DNA of 64,000 bases from an uncultured Clostridia bacterium. GTDB taxonomy: Bacteria > Bacillota > Clostridia > Oscillospirales > CAG-272. The notes beneath the pieces are model-generated. The model had not been told where the DNA came from, ran no database searches, and saw only the letters and a list, made by a program, of their open reading frames with translations. The position numbers and the translations under genes were made by a program. How positions within the stretch are numbered: position 1 is the stretch's first letter; every line of letters starts with the position of its first letter. The DNA lies in the NCBI GenBank assembly GCA_944392615.1, contig CALXXF010000004.1, forward strand, positions 5,429 to 69,428, given 5' to 3'. Shown piece by piece: positions 29,612 through 38,447 of the stretch.

Positions 29612-31954
29612 TTATTTTCCGCTGCTTCCGGCGTTGTCGTGATTTCTTATGTCAACTCTGCGTATCTTTCCGGATATCGTTTTCGGAAGTTCGCTCACAA
29701 ACTCTACTATCCTCGGATATTTGTAGGGAGCTGTGTGCGTTTTGACGTAGTTCTGTATTTCCTTGACAAGCTTGTCGTCGCACACGGTACCCTTGACAGG
29801 CACAATAGTCGCCTTTACGACCTGACCTCTTATGGGGTCGGGAGCGCCTGTTACAGCCACCTCAAGTACGTAAGGAAGCTCCATTATAACGCTCTCTATT
29901 TCGAAGGGGCCAATGCGGTATCCGGACGATTTTATAAGGTCGTCTGTTCTTCCTACGTACCAGTAATAGCCGTCCTCATCTTTCCATGCTGTATCGCCGG
30001 TGTGGAAAATGCCGTCATGCCACGTGTTGTAGGTCTGTTCCTTATGTATCTTGTCATCGGCATTATCGTCATAATAGCCCTTGAAGAGCCCAACAGGGAC
30101 CTTTTTGTCGGTTTTTATGACTATCTCGCCCACCTCGCCGACCTTACAGGAACGGTATTTTCCGTTTTCGTCTTCTATCATTACGTCGGCATCATAAAGC
30201 GGGGATGGCTTTCCCATGGAACCGACCTTCGGAACCATACCTGTCAGATTTCCGATTATCATCGTTGTCTCTGTCTGACCGAACGCCTCCATGAGACTGA
30301 TGCCGGTATGCTTGAGAAACTGGTAGAACACCTCTGGATTGAGAGCCTCTCCTGCTATTGTGGCATGCTTCAGAGATGAGAGATCATATTTTGCAAGGTT
30401 TTCCTTTATGAAGAAACGGTACATTGTGGGAGGAGCGCAGAATGTCGTTATATTGTATCTCTTGAAGAGAGGAAGTATATCGGCTGCGTCAAATCTGTCA
30501 AAGTCATAGGCGAATACAGCCGACTCACAGAGCCACTGTCCGTAGAGCTTGCCCCACATGGATTTTGCCCAGCCTGTATCTGATATGGTCAGATGGAGTC
30601 CGTCGGGCTCTACGTTGTGCCAGTATCTGGCGGTTATATAATGTCCAAGAGCGTACGTGCATGCATGTACCACTATCTTGGGATATCCGGATGTCCCGGA
30701 CGTGAAGAACATTACAAGAGTGTCGTTTCCGCCTACTGCCTCGCTCGTCTTCGGGAAGACGTCAGAGTAATTCATAAACTCGTCAAAATCGAGCCAGCCG
30801 TCCTTTTTCCCGTTAACAGATATTTTCGTCTTTACCGTTGGGCTTGCGGGAAGAGCTTTCTCAACCTCGTTTGTCGCCTCGCCGTCGGCAGTGCAGACTA
30901 TCGCGCTTACTCCGGCGGTATTGAAACGGTACTCGTAGTCTTTCTTAAGGAGCTGATTTGTCGCCGGAATGGCTATTGCTCCGAGCTTCTGCAGTCCGAG
31001 TATAGCAGGCCAGAACTGCCAGTGACGCTTCATTACCAGAAGCACGCGGTCAGATTTCTTTATTCCGATCGCCCTGAAGTAATTCGCCGCCCTGGACGAG
31101 AGGCGGGATATGTCGCTGAACGAAAAGCGTCTTTCGGTCTTATCCTTTGAAAGATGGAGCAAGGCGAGTTTGTCCGGAGTTTTTGCGGCTATTTCGTCAA
31201 TGATGTCAAAAGCAAAATTAAAGCGCTCGGTATTTTTGAAGTCTATCGAAAGCAGTCTGCCTTCGGAATCCTCTTCCGTCACTATATACTTGTCGCAGAC
31301 AAGCGGTACTTTTTCGGTCGCGGCAGTTATCTTTTTCTGCTCCGCAGCGGCAGGCTGAGAATATTCCAGAGCTCTTCCGTGCGGGTCTGTGACTATGGCT
31401 ATGAACTCACAGTCCTTTCCGCCGGTGGCTATCATGCCGTGCGGTTTGCTGCTGTTGTAGTATATCGCGTCCCCGGCATTGAGAATCTCCTCATGACCGT
31501 CGATATTCACCTTGAGAGAGCCTGATAGGATGTAGTCGAATTCTTCGCCTTCGTGCGATGCGGTGACGATGGGCCTTTGATTCTCCTCCTCGCTGTACCG
31601 CGCGCAAACCAGAAAAGGCTCGCTCATTCTTCCCTTGAAGAAAGAGGCAAGGTGATTGTACTTGAATCCCTTACGGCGTTCAAGCGGAAGTCCCTCGCCG
31701 CGCCTGACTACAGAAAATGTAGACAGTCTTGATTCGTCCCCCGTCATAAGGGATGTGATATCCACACCGAATACTTTGGCGCAGTTATGAAGGAAGGTGA
31801 AGGAAAAATCGGATTCTCCGCTTTCACATTTCACATACGTCTCTTCAGGTACGTCAATAATGGAGGCGACCTCTTTCGTTGATTTGCCGGATATCAGCCT
31901 TAGCTCTCTGAGTCGGGAGGCGATCAGTTGCAGTTGTGTCTGTTCGTTTTCCAT
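29612..31954 (-). CDS. Fusion protein: XRE-type HTH + cupin domain + complete AMP-forming acyl-CoA synthetase (medium-chain ACS-like)
   Basis: 780-aa uninterrupted ORF. The HTH is LRELRLISGKSTKEVASIIDVPEETYVKCESG and the cupin is HEGEEFDYILSGSLKVNIDGHEEILNAGDAIYYNSSKPHGM. The ANL motifs are FTSGTSGYPK, GDTAWKDEDGYYWYVGRTDDLIKSSGYRIGPFEIES and ISGKIRR. Confidence 0.85.
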   Translation of the reverse strand: MENEQTQLQLIASRLRELRLISGKSTKEVASIIDVPEETYVKCESGESDFSFTFLHNCAKVFGVDITSLMTGDESRLSTFSVVRRGEGLPLERRKGFKYNHLASFFKGRMSEPFLVCARYSEEENQRPIVTASHEGEEFDYILSGSLKVNIDGHEEILNAGDAIYYNSSKPHGMIATGGKDCEFIAIVTDPHGRALEYSQPAAAEQKKITAATEKVPLVCDKYIVTEEDSEGRLLSIDFKNTERFNFAFDIIDEIAAKTPDKLALLHLSKDKTERRFSFSDISRLSSRAANYFRAIGIKKSDRVLLVMKRHWQFWPAILGLQKLGAIAIPATNQLLKKDYEYRFNTAGVSAIVCTADGEATNEVEKALPASPTVKTKISVNGKKDGWLDFDEFMNYSDVFPKTSEAVGGNDTLVMFFTSGTSGYPKIVVHACTYALGHYITARYWHNVEPDGLHLTISDTGWAKSMWGKLYGQWLCESAVFAYDFDRFDAADILPLFKRYNITTFCAPPTMYRFFIKENLAKYDLSSLKHATIAGEALNPEVFYQFLKHTGISLMEAFGQTETTMIIGNLTGMVPKVGSMGKPSPLYDADVMIEDENGKYRSCKVGEVGEIVIKTDKKVPVGLFKGYYDDNADDKIHKEQTYNTWHDGIFHTGDTAWKDEDGYYWYVGRTDDLIKSSGYRIGPFEIESVIMELPYVLEVAVTGAPDPIRGQVVKATIVPVKGTVCDDKLVKEIQNYVKTHTAPYKYPRIVEFVSELPKTISGKIRRVDIRNHDNAGSSGK

Positions 31955-31967
31955 GATGAGTTGCCGT

Positions 31968-31991
31968 ATTTATTCTCTGCGAAGAATAAAT
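31968..31991. promoter_or_regulatory. 9-6-9 inverted repeat in the 5' leader of the HTH-cupin-ligase gene (operator or mRNA hairpin)
   Basis: ATTTATTCT-CTGCGA-AGAATAAAT, located 14-37 nt upstream of the ATG at 31954. Confidence 0.45.
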
Positions 31992-32065
31992 TTTTCCTTT
32001 CCTTCCCTGGTTTTCCGGGAAATATTCATATTTATTGCATCGTCCCAAAAGGTCCGATAAGCTGA

Positions 32066-32094
32066 ATTATATTAAAATTTTTGCGTTTTGTCAA
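32066..32094 (-). promoter_or_regulatory. Consensus sigma-A promoter of the HTH-cupin-ligase gene
   Basis: On the minus strand, TTGACA (32089-32094), a 17-bp spacer, then TATAAT (32066-32071). Confidence 0.7.
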
Positions 32095-32248
32095 TAGACG
32101 AAAGCAATAAATTTTCTGAACGCAATGTATGCTCATCTTGTCACTGAAAACATTTACGTCTATGCCACGTTGATTTTTTTATGGAAAAGATCTTTGGCAC
32201 GCAAAATTTGAAAAACGTCGTGCTCAATACATGGGGAGCGGACGTGTG

Positions 32249-32353
32249 CGCGCAGGCGTGCGAGCGGGGCGAGTGTGCATGCAGGCGGGGCGGATGAGTG
32301 TGCGAGCGGGGCGGATGAGTGTGCGAGCGGGGCGAGTGTGCATGCAGGCGGGA
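32249..32353. repeat. Five head-to-tail 21-bp GC-rich repeats, each ending in GGGG
   Basis: The units are CGCGCAGGCGTGCGAGCGGGG, CGAGTGTGCATGCAGGCGGGG, CGGATGAGTGTGCGAGCGGGG twice (identical), and CGAGTGTGCATGCAGGCGGGA. A TGCATGCA palindrome occurs at 32276-32283 and 32339-32346. Confidence 0.85.
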
Positions 32354-32367
32354 AAAGATATTTTTTA

Positions 32368-32396
32368 TTGTAGAGCGTTTGTTTTGTTAATATAAT
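32368..32396 (+). promoter_or_regulatory. Putative promoter of metF-metH
   Basis: TTGTAG (32368-32373), a 17-bp spacer, then TATAAT (32391-32396). An A/T-rich tract lies immediately upstream. Confidence 0.45.
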
Positions 32397-32480
32397 GTTC
32401 ATATAAGCGTGTTAAAATCATTAAAAATCAAGCTGCCGTCCAAAAGGACGTGCCTGCCTGTGGTGAAGGGATGTATAACA

Positions 32481-33344
32481 GTGAAGCTTACCGAACTTTT
32501 TGCCAGCAAAAAATCGACCTTGTCTTTCGAGGTGTTTCCTCCGAAGAACACAGACGGCTATGAGAGCGTTTCAGAAGCAGTGGAGAAAATTGCGGCTCTT
32601 GGACCAGACTATATGAGTATAACGTACGGGGCTGGCGGTTCAAACAGCGCCTTTTCTGCCGCCGTTGCAAGCGATGTCAAAAAACGCTGCGGTGTCACTC
32701 CCCTTGCACATCTGTCGTGCGTTACAGCCACGAGACAGTCCATAACCGAATACGTCAGAATACTCACAGGCGACGGCATAGAAAATGTTCTTGCCCTAAG
32801 GGGTGATATTCCGGACGGCGTGGACCCGTCGGGTTTTGAATTTGAACATGCAAGCGACCTTGTCGCGATGCTCAAGGAAATTTCCGGGCTCTGTGTCGGA
32901 GGAGCCTGTTATCCTGAGGGTCATCCTGAATCGGCGTCGCTGGCACAGGATATAGAGGCTGTGCGCATCAAGGTCGCCGCCGGGTGTGATTTTCTCACAA
33001 CCCAGATGTTTTTTGACAACAACGTTCTTTACAATTACATGTTCAAACTGCGCGACAAGGGAGTGAATGTCCCGGTCGTCGCGGGTATAATGCCCATAAC
33101 GAACGCAAAAAGCATAAAACGGATATGTAAATTGTCTGGGATAGTTCTTCCGCAGCGCTTCCGCATGATAGTGGACCGTTACGGAGACGATCCGGACGCC
33201 ATGAAGCAGGCGGGGATAGCATATGCCACGGAACAGATAATAGACCTTTACGCAAACGGGATAAAAGCGGTGCACGTGTATGTAATGAACAAGCCTGATG
33301 TGGCAGCAAAAATAAAAGAAAATCTGTCGTCAATAGTAAAATAA
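32481..33344 (+). CDS. metF: Methylenetetrahydrofolate reductase
   Basis: SFEVFPPK, ITYGAGGS and TQMFFD motifs. The GTG at 32481 is preferred (GAAGGGA upstream), while the track ORF starts at an earlier GTG at 32409. Confidence 0.85.
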   Translation: MKLTELFASKKSTLSFEVFPPKNTDGYESVSEAVEKIAALGPDYMSITYGAGGSNSAFSAAVASDVKKRCGVTPLAHLSCVTATRQSITEYVRILTGDGIENVLALRGDIPDGVDPSGFEFEHASDLVAMLKEISGLCVGGACYPEGHPESASLAQDIEAVRIKVAAGCDFLTTQMFFDNNVLYNYMFKLRDKGVNVPVVAGIMPITNAKSIKRICKLSGIVLPQRFRMIVDRYGDDPDAMKQAGIAYATEQIIDLYANGIKAVHVYVMNKPDVAAKIKENLSSIVK

Positions 33345-33480
33345 GCTTTCGTCGATGGTGATACAATACCGCGATACCACAAACTGCAATTAATTATACA
33401 AAGCGGTGCAGCAATGCGCCGCGCCGTTTTCTGTAAAAATAAACGCCGGAAGGGAGCGGGCTTGCCCCGTTGTTATCTTT

Positions 33481-35856
33481 ATGAAAGAGCTTTTGAGACT
33501 GTGCAGGGAAAGGACCGTTATTTTCGACGGAGGCACCGGCACCCTGCTTCAGCAAAGAGGACTTGCCGCGGGAGAACTTCCCGAAACATGGAATATAACG
33601 CATCCGGAGGAAATGACGGCTCTGCACCTTGATTATATAAATGCAGGGGCAGATATAATTAAAACCAACACCTTCGGCGCGTATTCCAACAAGTTTCACG
33701 ATGATCTTGAACGAATAGTAAGGGCTGCCTTTGAAAATGCCGGTGCCGCCGTAGAAAAAAGCGGGCGCGAGGTCTTCAAGGCGCTCGATATGGGACCTAC
33801 CGGGAAGTTACTCAGCCCGCTTGGCGATCTGGGCTTTGAGCAGGCTGTGGAAATTTTTGCGCGCACTGTTAGAGCAGGGGCTGAGCATGCGGACCTTGTT
33901 CTCATAGAGACAATGAACGATTTGTATGAACTAAAGGCGGCGGTGCTTGCCGCAAAAGAAAACTGCGACCTCCCGATTTTTGCAACCGTCACTTTTGACA
34001 AAGCCGGAAAGCTCATGACAGGGGCGGACCCCGCCGCGGTTGTCGCCCTCCTTGAGGGACTCGGAGTGTCGGCACTGGGGATGAACTGCGGCATAGGTCC
34101 TGCCGCAATGACTGACACACTGCGTGCTCTGCGTCAATACGCCTCTGTTCCTATAATAGTAAATCCAAACGCCGGTCTGCCTGTTGTCAGAGGCACAGAG
34201 ACGTTTTATGAGCTGTCTGCCGATGATTTTGCAGAGCAGATGAGCGAGCTCATCGCCGCAGGCGCCTCTTTTGCGGGAGGCTGCTGCGGAACTACTCCGG
34301 AGCATATAAGAAAGCTTGTCCGGCGCGCGTCGTCGATGCCTCCGGCACAGATATCATACAAAGACAGGACGGTTGTTTGCTCATATACTCATGCTGTGGA
34401 ATTCGGAAGCGACCCTGTCCTGATCGGGGAGCGTATAAATCCCACCGGAAAGCCGAAGCTCAAAGCCGCGCTGCGCGAAAGCGACATGTCATATATTGTC
34501 GATCAGGGCATAGAGCAGAGCGAAAAAGGCGCAAAGGTATTAGACGTAAATGTCGGCCTTCCGGAGATAGACGAGCCGCAGATGCTTGAGAAGGCAGTGC
34601 TTGCTCTTCAGGAAATATGCGATACTCCGCTCCAGATCGATACCTCCGATAAGGAAGCAATGGAGCGTGCGCTTAGAATATACAACGGGAAACCGCTTAT
34701 AAACTCTGTGAACGGTAAAAGGGAAAGCCTTGACTCTATATTGCCCTTGGCAGCTAAGTACGGAGGCGTCCTCATAGGACTTACGCTTGACGAAAACGGG
34801 ATACCGGATACAGTCGAAGGACGTGTTGAAATTGCGCTCAGAATATATTCAGAGGCGGAAAAATACGGTATCAGGCGCAAGGATATAATTATAGACCCTC
34901 TTGCTCTTGCGGTGAGCTCCGATCCGTCTGCCGCAAAGACGACGCTTGCGACAGTGGCGGCAATTTGCAGTATGGGCGGTAAAACAAGTCTCGGAGTCTC
35001 AAACATATCCTTCGGCCTTCCGGAACGTGAAAAGATAAACACCGTTTTTTTCGCTATGGCGCTGTCTGCGGGGCTGAGTGCGGCGATCATGAATCCTTTT
35101 TCAGAAAGCATGATTGATGTATATATGGCGTACAGAGCACTTTCCGGTATAGATTCTGGCTCAAGGGAATATGTTTCATATGCAGCAGGGAGCACAGTAA
35201 AGGAAAGCACCGTTCAGCAGCAAAGGGAGCTTACTCTTTTTGAGGCTGTGAAAAAGGGGCTTTCCGAAAAGGCTGCCGCAATCACAGAGTCGCTTGCAAA
35301 GGAAGGAGATTTTCTTTCTGTAATAAACGGTCATATTGTACCGGCGCTCGATGAAGTCGGCGCGGGATTTGAAAAAAAGACGCTCTTCCTTCCTCAGCTG
35401 CTTGCCGCTGCCGAGGCGGCGTCAGCGGCGTTTGACGTTATAAAAAAGCGCATGCCCGCTTCAGCGGCAACAAAGGGAAGGATAATTCTTGCAACAGTTA
35501 AAGGCGATATTCACGACATAGGTAAGAATATTGTCAAGGTCATGCTTGAAAACTACGGCTACGAGGTCATAGACCTCGGAAAGGATGTTGCGCCTGAGCT
35601 TATCGCGGAGACTGCCAGAACGCAAAAGATAAGGCTTGTCGGCTTGAGCGCCCTCATGACAACCACCGTCGTATCTATGGAGCAGACTATAAAGCTTATA
35701 CGGGATTCTTGTACAGACTGTAAGGTCGTTGTCGGAGGAGCGGTCATGACAGAGGAATATGCGGCGATGATAGGTGCCGACAAATATGCCGCAGATGCAA
35801 TGGACACAGTGCTTTATGCCGAAGAGATCTTCGGGGAAAAATCTTTGCGCGCCTGA
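33481..35856 (+). CDS. metH: Cobalamin-dependent methionine synthase, short form (Hcy-binding + pterin-binding + B12 cap/B12-binding, no C-terminal AdoMet reactivation domain)
   Basis: 791 aa from MKELLRLCRERTVIFDGGTGT. It contains GGCCGTTPEHI, a pterin-binding barrel, and the B12 motif GDIHDIGKNIV...SALMTTT. Confidence 0.9.
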   Translation: MKELLRLCRERTVIFDGGTGTLLQQRGLAAGELPETWNITHPEEMTALHLDYINAGADIIKTNTFGAYSNKFHDDLERIVRAAFENAGAAVEKSGREVFKALDMGPTGKLLSPLGDLGFEQAVEIFARTVRAGAEHADLVLIETMNDLYELKAAVLAAKENCDLPIFATVTFDKAGKLMTGADPAAVVALLEGLGVSALGMNCGIGPAAMTDTLRALRQYASVPIIVNPNAGLPVVRGTETFYELSADDFAEQMSELIAAGASFAGGCCGTTPEHIRKLVRRASSMPPAQISYKDRTVVCSYTHAVEFGSDPVLIGERINPTGKPKLKAALRESDMSYIVDQGIEQSEKGAKVLDVNVGLPEIDEPQMLEKAVLALQEICDTPLQIDTSDKEAMERALRIYNGKPLINSVNGKRESLDSILPLAAKYGGVLIGLTLDENGIPDTVEGRVEIALRIYSEAEKYGIRRKDIIIDPLALAVSSDPSAAKTTLATVAAICSMGGKTSLGVSNISFGLPEREKINTVFFAMALSAGLSAAIMNPFSESMIDVYMAYRALSGIDSGSREYVSYAAGSTVKESTVQQQRELTLFEAVKKGLSEKAAAITESLAKEGDFLSVINGHIVPALDEVGAGFEKKTLFLPQLLAAAEAASAAFDVIKKRMPASAATKGRIILATVKGDIHDIGKNIVKVMLENYGYEVIDLGKDVAPELIAETARTQKIRLVGLSALMTTTVVSMEQTIKLIRDSCTDCKVVVGGAVMTEEYAAMIGADKYAADAMDTVLYAEEIFGEKSLRA

Positions 35857-35972
35857 AGACTGTCGATTCGCGCCTTGTTCTGCGACTCTCACGCCTTGTT
35901 CTGCGGCTGTTCAGAAGGTTTGTGACGTCACTGCAAAAATACGCATGCATAAAATCGCATACAAAAAACGCA

Positions 35973-36007
35973 TGAAAAAAATACGCCGCGGAGTGCATCC
36001 GCGGCGT
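35973..36007 (-). terminator. Rho-independent terminator of the membrane-anchored MBL gene
   Basis: ACGCCGCGGA/TCCGCGGCGT forms a 10-bp stem (35983-36007), followed on the minus strand by a T7 run (the plus-strand A-run at 35974-35980). Confidence 0.65.
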
Positions 36008-36193
36008 AAAATATACTGAAATATCGGACAAAATCGGGCTTGACGCGCCGGCGTCCGGCAAAGGCAGCGGCAGGACAATGGACATCTCCACATAATTTGT
36101 ATTTGCGCCGGAGTACCTGTTCTGTCGCGCCTCATCGCTTTTATATGTCAGGTCTGCTTTCCGGATGCGCTTTTTGTGATAAAGCGCACCATC

Positions 36194-37225
36194 TCAGGCA
36201 GCGTCGGGAAGCTTGCGCAGCTTATCCGTCAGATTCACAGGGCAGGAAAAAACGCACGCATTTGACAGCGCTCCCTCAGATGAGCGGTTGCTGCTGCTTA
36301 CAATCTGTCCGTATGTATTCTGAGACTGATTGGAGCTTATCACGTCTCCGTCTGTGGTGAGGATTATATCTCCCAACAGGTCGGTCCTCAGTATTTTGCA
36401 TGACAAAGATGAAAGCGCTTTAAGTGTCTTTTCGTGCGGGTGGCCGTATGAGTTGTCCTTGCCGCATGATATGATGGCTACCTCAGGGCTGACTTCCTTG
36501 AGAAAATCTTCCGTGCTTGAAGAGTCAGAACCGTGATGACCAACTTTTAAAACATCTGATTCGAGTTTTTCAGGACAGCTTTCGAGAAGCTCCTCCTCGC
36601 GTTCACTCTCGGCATCTCCGGTAAAAAGAAAGCTGATGTCTCCGTATGTAAGACGTGTGACTATGCTGTCGTTGTTTCTTCCATTGTCGGTTATCTCGGC
36701 TGAGGAAAGTACCTCAAGTCTGGCATTGCCGCCGAGGTCGATTGAATACCCGATGTCCGGATGCACCACCTCTGCGCCTTCATTTTCGATTGCCGTCATG
36801 AGACGTTCTCCGCATTTCGTTGTCGGAACATAGTCGGGAGTGAGAAAGTTTTTCACTTCTACGGCGTTTATCACGTCGTCAGCCCCTCCGATGTGGTCCT
36901 GGTCGTAATGCGTTATTATCATATAGTCTATTGTCGTTACCTTCAGTTCGTCAAGATATTCGATTGTTGGGTGCTCATTCTGCTTTGACGTCTTTTCGTC
37001 TCCTGCATCTATCAGCACCGTACTCCCGGTAGGAGAGACGATCAGGCAGGAATCTCCCTGACCGACATCTATGAAGTGTACCTCCACGTCTCCTGACAGC
37101 TTCGGCTTGTTGTTCATATCCCTCACGTACGTGTAGGTATAGTAAGCCGCAGCAATTACAAGCAGTATCATCAGTATGCCGAACGATACCCGCCTTGACT
37201 TTCTTTTTTTCTTTTCTTTGCCCAT
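36194..37225 (-). CDS. Membrane-anchored MBL-fold hydrolase related to the ComEC C-terminal (beta-lactamase-like) domain
   Basis: A lysine-rich N-terminus and TM helix are followed by FIDVGQGDS, ITHYDQDHIGG and VGHHGSDSS. GGAGG precedes the ATG at 37225. Confidence 0.75.
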   Translation of the reverse strand: MGKEKKKRKSRRVSFGILMILLVIAAAYYTYTYVRDMNNKPKLSGDVEVHFIDVGQGDSCLIVSPTGSTVLIDAGDEKTSKQNEHPTIEYLDELKVTTIDYMIITHYDQDHIGGADDVINAVEVKNFLTPDYVPTTKCGERLMTAIENEGAEVVHPDIGYSIDLGGNARLEVLSSAEITDNGRNNDSIVTRLTYGDISFLFTGDAESEREEELLESCPEKLESDVLKVGHHGSDSSSTEDFLKEVSPEVAIISCGKDNSYGHPHEKTLKALSSLSCKILRTDLLGDIILTTDGDVISSNQSQNTYGQIVSSSNRSSEGALSNACVFSCPVNLTDKLRKLPDAA

Positions 37226-37793
37226 TTGATATCCTCCAACAGCTTTTGCGTTATACAAAAGCACTTGACAGACACTGACTGCATGTGCTCAGTTCTGCCT
37301 GACGACCTTCAGATTCCGGAAAGCTCGGCAGCACCGGTTTCATGCTTCCGAACTTGCGGTAATATAACTTCCGGCAGCATTGTACAAATGCCATGCATGC
37401 TCCTTATACAGCGCCGTGCATACCGGAATAAACCGGATTGAATCGTGAGAAAATGCTTTGTCCTTCTTCGGCGTTTTCAATGCAGTGTCCTGTACTGCCT
37501 GTTTTACAGAAACGTGTGTTCTGTACCGGTTCAGTAAGGCTTTGACATATCCATTCCTCTTGCGGCGTAACAGGCGTTTCAGGAATGCAATTCAAAACTT
37601 ATGGAAGATGACGCGACCGGTGTGATAGCAGTGAAAAATACAAATGAAAAACACAGGTGAAAAATACTGTAAAAAAACGTCAGGGACGGATTATTCTACC
37701 ATACAATTTGTTTTTTTTCAACCCTTTTTGCAAAACTTGTCGTTAAAGTACGTCAATTAATTCCTGCAAAGCTGATTTTTTAAATAAGTATAT

Positions 37794-38321
37794 TTGAAGG
37801 GTCATCAGATCATGTGTGAAAATGTGGCGGCGGATAATTTGAAATTTACAGAATATATGAAAAAAGCGCTTGGACTCGCAGAGATGGCGTTTGATGCAGG
37901 AGAAGTGCCTGTAGGAGCTGTTGTTGTGTGGCGTGACGAAAACGGAAATGAAAGTATCGTCGGGCAGGGAATGAATTACAGGGAAAACGGGCGCAATGCT
38001 CTCTTCCATGCAGAGCTGAGCGCTATTGACCAGGCGTGCAGGACCCTTGGAGGGTGGCGCCTGCACAGAGCAACGCTGTATGTTACTCTTGAGCCCTGTG
38101 TAATGTGTGCCGGGGCGATAATAAACGCCAGAATAGAACGTGTTGTTTACGGGGCGGCTGATTTGCGCTTCGGAGCCTTCGGCGGACATGTTGACCTGAA
38201 CGCTTTTGGCTTCAACCACAGACCGGAGATAGTTCGCGGTGTTTTATCTGAAGAATGCTCGAATCTTTTGAAATGCTTTTTTGAAAATCTGCGCAACAGA
38301 AGAAACAGGAACATGTCCTGA
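37794..38321 (+). CDS. tadA: tRNA adenosine(34) deaminase
   Basis: CDA motifs HAELSAI and PCVMCAGA. The true start is possibly the internal ATG at 37812. Confidence 0.85.
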   Translation: MKGHQIMCENVAADNLKFTEYMKKALGLAEMAFDAGEVPVGAVVVWRDENGNESIVGQGMNYRENGRNALFHAELSAIDQACRTLGGWRLHRATLYVTLEPCVMCAGAIINARIERVVYGAADLRFGAFGGHVDLNAFGFNHRPEIVRGVLSEECSNLLKCFFENLRNRRNRNMS

Positions 38322-38412
38322 TATGACGGACAGATAAAAGAAAAATAAAAACTGTTTTGACACCCGAAAAGCTCTTAAATTAAAATATTTACGGTCATAT
38401 ATACAAAAAACA

Positions 38413-38441
38413 TTGACATTTGCGGCCCAATGTTATATAAT
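38413..38441 (+). promoter_or_regulatory. Consensus sigma-A promoter
   Basis: TTGACA (38413-38418), a 17-bp spacer, then TATAAT (38436-38441). Confidence 0.75.
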
Positions 38442-38447
38442 ACAAAC

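Noticed and set aside
32249-32353. Possible CRISPR array
   Set aside because: The repeats are directly adjacent with no unique spacers. The units are only 21 bp, and no cas genes are nearby.
32160-32402. 80-aa minus-strand ORF with the repetitive peptide APLAHSS/PPACTLAPLA
   Set aside because: It is simply the 21-bp DNA repeat array read in frame. It has no RBS and sits between two divergent promoters.
32400-33480. SAM (S-box) or other riboswitch in front of metF or metH
   Set aside because: Neither upstream region shows the S-box core or a terminator/antiterminator pair.
35870-35905. Direct repeat CGCCTTGTTCTGCG twice (22-bp period) after metH, and phased A-tracts at 35935-35980
   Set aside because: It is short, has only two copies, and has no associated structure or ORF. 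It is noted but not interpretable.
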